Origin: Nodosilinea sp.
GTDB lineage: Bacteria > Cyanobacteriota > Cyanobacteriia > Phormidesmidales > Phormidesmidaceae
DNA: 64,000 nucleotides
Direction: 5' to 3'
Assembly (NCBI GenBank): GCA_035466075.1
Contig: DATIVG010000128.1
Span: 1,109-65,108, forward strand
The stretch's first letter is position 1. The number at the start of each line of letters is the position of its first letter. Below are positions 57,765 through 64,000 of the stretch, piece after piece. The notes below the pieces were generated by a model. The model saw only the letters and a list, made by a program, of their open reading frames with translations. It was not told the DNA's origin and searched no databases. A program made the position numbers and the translations under genes.

Positions 57765-60700
57765 ATGACCGATGACTGGAAGACGATAGCCCACCCCGGT
57801 GCCAGCTCACCCCTGCCCTTGTCCACCGGGCCCCAGAGTTCCCTCCCATCAGTTTCCCCTGGAGCCAATTTGCCCGCAGCGGACGCCCACTTCAGAGCGG
57901 TGCTAGAAACCATGGCGCTGGCTGGGCTGGTGGTCGATGGGCAGGGCACTATTTTGCTGTGTAACGACTACCTGCTGCGGCTGACCGGCTGGCAGCGCCA
58001 CGACGTCATCGGCCACAACTGGGTGGATCAGTTTATTCCCGCCGAGGGGCAGCAGAAGCTGCGATCGCTCTTTCAAACCGCCCTTGAGCAGGGCACCTGG
58101 CCCACCCACCACGAAAACACCATTCTCACCCGCTGCGGCCAACGTCGCCTGATCGCCTGGAACAACACCACCCTGCGGGGGCCGGGGGGCACCCTGCACT
58201 GCATTACCAGCATTGGCCAAGACATTACCGACCAGCGCCGCACCGAGCAGCAGCTCCAGGAGAGTGAAATCCGTCTGCAGCGCGTGGCGGCCAACCTGCC
58301 CGGCGTGGTCATACGCTATCTGCTGCACCCCACCGGAGCCGAAACCATTGCCTACATCAGCCCCGGCTGCGTCGATATTTGGGGCCTCACGGCGGAGCAG
58401 GTCCAGCAGCAGCCCCAGCGCCTGTGGGAAGCCATTCACCCCGGCGATCGCGATGGGGTACGCGAGCTGCTGCACCACTCGGCGGTCAACCTCACCGCCT
58501 GGTTTTGCGAATGGCGCATCACCACCCCCACCGGCCAGCAGAAGTGGCTCCAGGGCATGGGCCGCCCCGAACCCCTGCCCAACGGTGACATCGCCTGGGA
58601 TACGGTGATGCTGGAGGTTAGCGATCGCAAGTCCACCGAGCAGGCGCTGATGCAGGCCCACCAGCAGATGCAGGCCTTCATCGACAACACCCCTGCCCTG
58701 GTCAACCTCTTTGACGCCACCGGCCGCTACCTCCAGGTCAACCGGGCCGCCGCCGCCCAGTTTGGCCTCCAGCCCGAGGCCATGCAGGGGCGCACCTTTG
58801 CCGAGCTATTTCCCCCCGCCCTGGTCAACACCCTGATGGAGCGCATTCAGCGCATTGTGGCCACTCGGGCTCCCCTTACCGTCGAAGACACCCTGCCCGT
58901 CAACGGCCAGCCCAAGGTCTTTCGCTCGGTGCTGTTCCCGGTCAGCCCCGCAGAGCATCAGCCCATGATTTTAGGCTCTGTGGCCACCGACATCACCCCC
59001 CTCGTAGAGGCCCAGATCGCGCTGCGCCGCCAGGCCGAAGAAGAACGACTGATTCGCACCATTACCCAGCACATCCACCGCTCCCTCGACGTCAACCAAA
59101 TTCTGCAGACCACCGTCACCCAGATTCGGCAGTTTCTCCAGACCGACCGCGTGCTGATCTATCGCTTCAACCCCGATCGCAGCGGCACCATGGCGGTCGA
59201 GGCGGTGCTCCCCCCCTGGCAGGCAACCCTCGGCATCACCCTAGAAGAAACCTGTTTTATCACCAACCCGTACCTGATCGAGCAGTACCGCCAGGGGCGC
59301 ACCAGCACCATTGACGATGTCGAACACCACGGCCTCGATCCCTGCCATCACCAGCTGCTTCGTCGCTTTCAGGTGCAGGCCAGCCTGGTGGTGCCCATCA
59401 ACCAGGGCGGCACGCTGTGGGGACTGCTCTGCGTCCATCACTGCCGGGCACCGCGCCTGTGGCAACCCGAGGAAGTAGCCCTGCTGACCCAGCTGGCCCA
59501 CCAGGTGGCCATCGCCCTCCAGCAGAGTCAGCTGTTGACCCACACCACCCTGCTGGCTAACCAGGAAAAGTTGCTCAACGACATCCTGGGCGCCCTCAGC
59601 GACAGCCTCGATCTAGACAGGCTGCTGCACCGAGCCGCCACCGAAATACTCAATACCTTCAAAGCCAGTCGCAGCCTGGTGGTGCTCTGCCGCGACACCG
59701 ACGCCGTCCTGGTGCATACCACCGCCATTAGCGTGGCCGGGTGCCGCGACCTGCTTGGCCAGGCAGTACCCATTGAGGGCAACCCCCACGCCCAAAAAGT
59801 GCTGCACCAGGAGGAGCCAGTAGCGGTTGACAATGTCAACCAGGACCCACTCATGGCCCCGGCGCTGCCCCTGGCCCAGGCGCTAGAGATTGGCGCCATC
59901 CTGGCGGTCTCCATCCGCTATCAGGGGGTGGTAAAGGGTATTCTCAGCGTCCATCAGTGCCCCAGTCCGAGGGTCTGGACTGCCAACGAGATCCGGCTGA
60001 TCAAGCGGGTAGCCGACCACCTGGCGATCGCCATTCACCAGGCCGAGCTCTACGCCCAGGCCCAGCTGGAGCTGAGCGAGCGCAAACGACTCGAAGCCCA
60101 GCTGCGCTACGACGCCTCCCACGACCGCCTGACTGGGTTACCCAATCGGGTGCTGTTTTTAGAGCGTTTGGCCCTGGCCCTAGAGCAGGTGCACCAGCCA
60201 CGTCAGCCGCCGCTGGCTGACTGCTCTGCGGCCCCTGGCCCCCCTCAGTTTGCGGTCCTGTTTCTCGACCTCGACCGCTTCAAGGTGATCAACGACAGCC
60301 TGGGCCATGCCATCGGTGACCAACTGCTAAGAGTCGTCGCTGAGCGCATTCAGGCGTGCCTGAGCCCCGCCGATCTGGCCGCCCGCCTGGGGGGAGACGA
60401 ATTTGTAGTGCTGCTCAATGATCTAGACGATGCCCAGGTCGCCATCAGCCTGGCCCAGCGCATTCACCGCATCCTCGAAGCCCCCGTGCGGCTGGAGGGC
60501 CACGAGGTATTTATCTATGCCAGCATTGGCATCGCCCTCGGCTCGACCACCTACAGCGACCCCAACCAGGTGCTGCGCGATGCCGATATTGCCATGTACA
60601 AGGCCAAGAGCAGCAACCGCGAGTACGCTATTTTTGATGCACCCATGCATGCGCTGGTGGTTCAGCAGATGCAGCTCGAAAACGATCTGCGGCGAGCCCT

Positions 60701-61457
60701 AGAGCACCGCGAACTACGGCTGCACTACCAGCCCATCATTAACCTGGCCACTGCCCAGGTGGAGGGGTTTGAGGCTCTGGTGCGCTGGCAGCACCCTCGC
60801 CACGGGCTGGTGCCTCCCCTAGACTTTGTGCCCATGGCCGAAAATATTGGCTTGATTACGACGCTGGACCTGTGGACGCTCAACGAAGCCTGCCGCCAGC
60901 TCAGCCAGTGGCAGCGACAGTTTGCCCAGGGGCATCGCCTGGCGGTCAACGTCAATTTGTCTGCCAAGCAGTTTGTACGTCCCGACCTGATTCAACAGAT
61001 TGACCGGGTGCTGGCCGATAACGGTCTGCTAGGGCGGCACCTCAAGGTTGAAATCACCGAAAGCGTGCTGATTCAAAATGCTCAGATGGCCATCGAGCTG
61101 CTGAATCAGCTGCGCCAGCGCTCTATCCAGGTCTGTATGGATGATTTTGGCACCGGCTATTCTTCGCTGAGCTACCTGCACCGCTTTCCCATCGATGTGG
61201 TCAAGATTGACAAGTCGTTTATCACCACCCTCCAGGGCCAAAACCCCAGCGGCGGCGACTACGAGATTGTCAAAGCCATTATCAATTTGGCCGCCAGCCT
61301 GGGGCTGACGGTGGTGGCCGAAGGCATTGAAACTGCTGAGCAGCGGCAATACCTGGAAACCCATCACTGCCAGGCCGGGCAGGGCTACTATTTCTCGCCG
61401 CCGCTGGCAGTGGAGGCCGCCACCGCGTTTGTGGCGGGTCTAGGGGCCGCCGCCTAA
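57765..61457 (+). CDS. PASx3-GAF(CBCR)-GAF-GGDEF-EAL c-di-GMP enzyme
   Basis: Start ATG 57765. Three PAS domains; GAF1 with ETCF and DPCH; HDRLTGLPNR, RLGGDEF, EALVRW, DDFGTGYSSL. Confidence 0.92.
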   Translation: MTDDWKTIAHPGASSPLPLSTGPQSSLPSVSPGANLPAADAHFRAVLETMALAGLVVDGQGTILLCNDYLLRLTGWQRHDVIGHNWVDQFIPAEGQQKLRSLFQTALEQGTWPTHHENTILTRCGQRRLIAWNNTTLRGPGGTLHCITSIGQDITDQRRTEQQLQESEIRLQRVAANLPGVVIRYLLHPTGAETIAYISPGCVDIWGLTAEQVQQQPQRLWEAIHPGDRDGVRELLHHSAVNLTAWFCEWRITTPTGQQKWLQGMGRPEPLPNGDIAWDTVMLEVSDRKSTEQALMQAHQQMQAFIDNTPALVNLFDATGRYLQVNRAAAAQFGLQPEAMQGRTFAELFPPALVNTLMERIQRIVATRAPLTVEDTLPVNGQPKVFRSVLFPVSPAEHQPMILGSVATDITPLVEAQIALRRQAEEERLIRTITQHIHRSLDVNQILQTTVTQIRQFLQTDRVLIYRFNPDRSGTMAVEAVLPPWQATLGITLEETCFITNPYLIEQYRQGRTSTIDDVEHHGLDPCHHQLLRRFQVQASLVVPINQGGTLWGLLCVHHCRAPRLWQPEEVALLTQLAHQVAIALQQSQLLTHTTLLANQEKLLNDILGALSDSLDLDRLLHRAATEILNTFKASRSLVVLCRDTDAVLVHTTAISVAGCRDLLGQAVPIEGNPHAQKVLHQEEPVAVDNVNQDPLMAPALPLAQALEIGAILAVSIRYQGVVKGILSVHQCPSPRVWTANEIRLIKRVADHLAIAIHQAELYAQAQLELSERKRLEAQLRYDASHDRLTGLPNRVLFLERLALALEQVHQPRQPPLADCSAAPGPPQFAVLFLDLDRFKVINDSLGHAIGDQLLRVVAERIQACLSPADLAARLGGDEFVVLLNDLDDAQVAISLAQRIHRILEAPVRLEGHEVFIYASIGIALGSTTYSDPNQVLRDADIAMYKAKSSNREYAIFDAPMHALVVQQMQLENDLRRALEHRELRLHYQPIINLATAQVEGFEALVRWQHPRHGLVPPLDFVPMAENIGLITTLDLWTLNEACRQLSQWQRQFAQGHRLAVNVNLSAKQFVRPDLIQQIDRVLADNGLLGRHLKVEITESVLIQNAQMAIELLNQLRQRSIQVCMDDFGTGYSSLSYLHRFPIDVVKIDKSFITTLQGQNPSGGDYEIVKAIINLAASLGLTVVAEGIETAEQRQYLETHHCQAGQGYYFSPPLAVEAATAFVAGLGAAA

Positions 61458-62161
61458 AACGGAAAGGGCTTGTAGGGAATCCACTGGGCCCACAGCTTGG
61501 CCAGGGTGCCGTTGACAATCAGCTGGTTGAGGGCCTGGTTGAGGGCTTCTAGCAGTTCTCGGTTGCCGGGCAGCACCCCAATGCCGATGGGGTGCTGGGT
61601 AGGCATTTGAAAAGCCACCCGCAGGTGCTTGTGATCGGCTTCGGCGGTGAGCAGCAGCAGAGCGTCGCCGACGACGGCATCAATGCGGCCCTGGTCTAGG
61701 GCAGCTACCAGGTCGGGTAGGGCATGCCCAGCCTCGGCCACGACGCTCCACTCCAGGTCGGGCAGGCCTTCGGCCAGAGCGATCGGGGGGGTGTCGGCCA
61801 GGGTGCCCAGGCGCTTGCCACCCAGGTCTGGGGCGACGTGAATGGGGCTGTCTTCTCGCACCAAAACAGCTTCGTCGAGGCGACCGTAGGGACGGGTAAA
61901 GTCGGCCCAGGCGCGGCGGTCGTGGGTGATGGCCTGGCTAAACCAGACCACGTCGTAGTCGCCGGTGCTGAGGGTGGGATAGAACTGGTCGGGGGGGTAG
62001 TCAAACCACAGGGGCTCTAGGCCGAGCACCTCGGCCACGGCGCGGGCTACGGCGGGTTCATAGCCCAGGCGTTCGCCATTTTGCACAAAGCTGAGGGGGC
62101 GGGCGTCGGCGCTGCTGGCAATGATGGAAAGCTGACCTGGGCGGACGGTGGTGAAATCCAT
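61454..62161 (-). CDS. Polar amino-acid-type substrate-binding domain protein (SBP family 3), no signal peptide
   Basis: G.E..VARAVA..LGL, DVVWFSQAIT.DRR.WADFT.PY, LEALNQAL.QL..NGTLAKL...W. Confidence 0.8.
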   Translation of the reverse strand: MDFTTVRPGQLSIIASSADARPLSFVQNGERLGYEPAVARAVAEVLGLEPLWFDYPPDQFYPTLSTGDYDVVWFSQAITHDRRAWADFTRPYGRLDEAVLVREDSPIHVAPDLGGKRLGTLADTPPIALAEGLPDLEWSVVAEAGHALPDLVAALDQGRIDAVVGDALLLLTAEADHKHLRVAFQMPTQHPIGIGVLPGNRELLEALNQALNQLIVNGTLAKLWAQWIPYKPFPF

Positions 62162-62345
62162 GACCACGCAATAGAGTTTAGAGCTATTGTGACACCAAAC
62201 CCGACTTCCCTATGCGGGCTGCCTCCCCCCAGGTCACGGGGCGGCTGAAGCAATTGTGCTGAGGCGATTGTGGGGGGCCGGGTTGATATCGTCCTGCGTT
62301 CATCGATATGGTGGGGGCAGTACCGTTGGAGCGCTTGAGAGTTTA

Positions 62346-62771
62346 ATGACTGTTGGTACCCCTGCTGTTGATCCAGCCTTTGCCGCCCTGCGCGAGTTTC
62401 GTCCGCTGCTGCTGGCGGCCCACAAGCTGTTGATGGATGCCGAGAAAGAATTTTACGAGGAACGCCATGGCCCGATTGCCAATAAGGGTGAGTACCTGCG
62501 CCTGGTGCTGAGCCATGGGCAGTTTAGCTGGCTCCGTCCGATCTCTCAGTTTATTGTGCAGATGGATGAGGTGCTGATGTCGAAGCAGCCCCAGCCGCCA
62601 GAACGGGCCTCGGAACTGCTGAACCAGGCCCGTCACCTGTTGCAGGACACGGAGATTGGTCAGGTGTTTCAGGCGCGGACTGAGCTGGTGGCCCGCCATA
62701 GCCCTGAGATGGTGGCTACGGCCCAGCGCATGGAGGAACTTTTGCAGGTCTCGGGGGAGGCATCCGCCTGA
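62346..62771 (+). CDS. Conserved hypothetical protein
   Basis: LL..HK.LMD.EKE.YE..HGPI...GEYL.LVL.H.QF.WLRPISQ.IVQMDE pattern, which I recall from diverse bacteria. Confidence 0.72.
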   Translation: MTVGTPAVDPAFAALREFRPLLLAAHKLLMDAEKEFYEERHGPIANKGEYLRLVLSHGQFSWLRPISQFIVQMDEVLMSKQPQPPERASELLNQARHLLQDTEIGQVFQARTELVARHSPEMVATAQRMEELLQVSGEASA

Positions 62772-62874
62772 TCTAGGTGCCGGGGCCATCCTGTGCAAAG
62801 ATAGTAGGGTTGCAGCGAAGTTTCCCACCCGAGCTTGGGCTTGAGGGAGGATTGAGTAAGAGCGAGTGTGTGTT

Positions 62875-63111
62875 ATGAATGTTGGCGATCGCGTCCGGAT
62901 TACAGAGTCAGTTGTTTTTTATCACCACCCGCTGCACCGCAACGAAGCTTTCGATGCCAAGGGCCTGGAAGGGGTCATTGTAAATCTTCTGACCGACTAT
63001 AAGGGCAGGCCCATTAGCCCAAACTTTCCGGTGCAGGTGGAGTTTGAGGTGGAGGGGGCAAAGCGCCCAATGCGCGCCCATCTCAGGCAGGATGAGCTGG
63101 AATCTATTTAA
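62875..63111 (+). CDS. ftrV: Ferredoxin-thioredoxin reductase variable chain
   Basis: MNVGDRVRI.ESV.FYHHP.HRNEAFD.KG.EG...GRPISPNFP..V.F...AHL..DELE. Confidence 0.93.
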   Translation: MNVGDRVRITESVVFYHHPLHRNEAFDAKGLEGVIVNLLTDYKGRPISPNFPVQVEFEVEGAKRPMRAHLRQDELESI

Positions 63112-63273
63112 GTTTACCTGGTGGCTCAGGCCTAAACCGTTCTGACACCTGGCGGTGCGGCTGCTTTTGGCGGGGTGCTGGGGAAGCACGTCCATTTGCG
63201 TTGCCAAGATTTTGGCCTGGGGTTGGCACCTACAAAAATCTCTGCTGCTGAGTCTGATACATCCCTGGCGTCC

Positions 63274-63504
63274 CTAGGTGGAGCGACCGCTAAACCAGGC
63301 TCGCAGATTGATCTCCAGCTGCATTTGAGCTAGCTCTTGGCGGTGCTGGTGAGAGACTTGGTCGTACCACTGGCAGTAGGCTTCTAGGTTGGTGCGGTGC
63401 TCGACTTCCAGGCGAAAGGCTTGGGCGGCCTGCTGGGGCTCGAGGTACTGGCTGACGGCCTGGCGACTGGCCTGCGATCGCGGCGCAATATATTCCAAAA
63501 ACAT
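63274..63504 (-). CDS. Small conserved cyanobacterial hypothetical protein
   Basis: AF..EV..R...EAYCQWY....QH.QEL..M..EINL..WF pattern. Confidence 0.6.
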   Translation of the reverse strand: MFLEYIAPRSQASRQAVSQYLEPQQAAQAFRLEVEHRTNLEAYCQWYDQVSHQHRQELAQMQLEINLRAWFSGRST

Positions 63505-63545
63505 AGGGGCAATACCTGCGGGGCTGGGCCCATCATAGCCTGTGC

Positions 63546-63938
63546 CTAGGACTGGGCTGGGCCCACCAGCACCGCGATCGCCACACAGGCCCAGCCCACC
63601 ATCAGCGCGAGGCCGCCCAGGGGGGCCACTGCCCCCAAAATGCTGAGGCCCGACAGGCTGAGGGCGTAGAGGCTGCCCGAAAAGATCACGGTGCCGCCGA
63701 TAAAGGCCCAGCCCGCCGCCGTCAACAGCCCCGGAGCCCCCAGCCCCAGCTCTCGCACCACCGCCACCAGCAGCAGCGCCAGGGCGTGGTACATCTGGTA
63801 GCGGGCCCCGGTTTCAAACACCGCCAGCAGCCGCTCGCTGAGCTGCGGCTTCAGCGCGTGGGTGGCAAAGGCCCCCGCCGCGACGGCGGTGCCGCCCAGC
63901 AGAGCTGCGATCGCAACCAGCCCTCTCTCCACCGTCAT
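63546..63938 (-). CDS. DUF423 (YgdD/TMEM256) membrane protein
   Basis: GAFATHALK...FETGARYQMYHALALL, IFSGSLYAL, GAVAPLGG. Confidence 0.92.
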   Translation of the reverse strand: MTVERGLVAIAALLGGTAVAAGAFATHALKPQLSERLLAVFETGARYQMYHALALLLVAVVRELGLGAPGLLTAAGWAFIGGTVIFSGSLYALSLSGLSILGAVAPLGGLALMVGWACVAIAVLVGPAQS

Positions 63939-64000
63939 CGCTCCCTGACCGATCACAGCGTTCCCCTTCGCCCCTTGGCATAGTGTTTAGCCATTACCCT

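Overview
GC-rich (about 60% by eye) chromosomal window from a cyanobacterium, as shown by roughly 40+ copies of the HIP1 octamer GCGATCGC and by cyanobacteria-specific genes. The gene content and heptamer repeats fit a filamentous, probably non-heterocystous Nodosilinea/Leptolyngbya-like organism (inference). About 55 CDS are supported. They include: a hetR gene preceded by a patX gene carrying three RGSGR motifs; a partial hpsJ; a complete Pil/Hmp chemotaxis-like locus (PatA-CheY-CheW-MCP-CheA) with divergent hmpF; two GGDEF-EAL proteins, one with a cyanobacteriochrome-type GAF domain; the nth-rseP-ispE-rsmA cluster; desA, ndbB, glcD, mnmG, a cyst(e)ine lyase and ftrV; a DUF433/DUF5615 toxin-antitoxin pair; a tightly packed P450-Coq4-like-YnfA module; and a stand-alone GH24 lysozyme. 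An aspartate aminotransferase is split by a one-base frameshift in a G6 run. Non-coding features include a 58-bp spacerless palindrome, HIP1-centred palindromes, phased 11-bp repeats and a long structured region upstream of the Pil/Hmp operon. I found no rRNA, tRNA, CRISPR array or transposase. All product calls come from motif recognition, not database searches.
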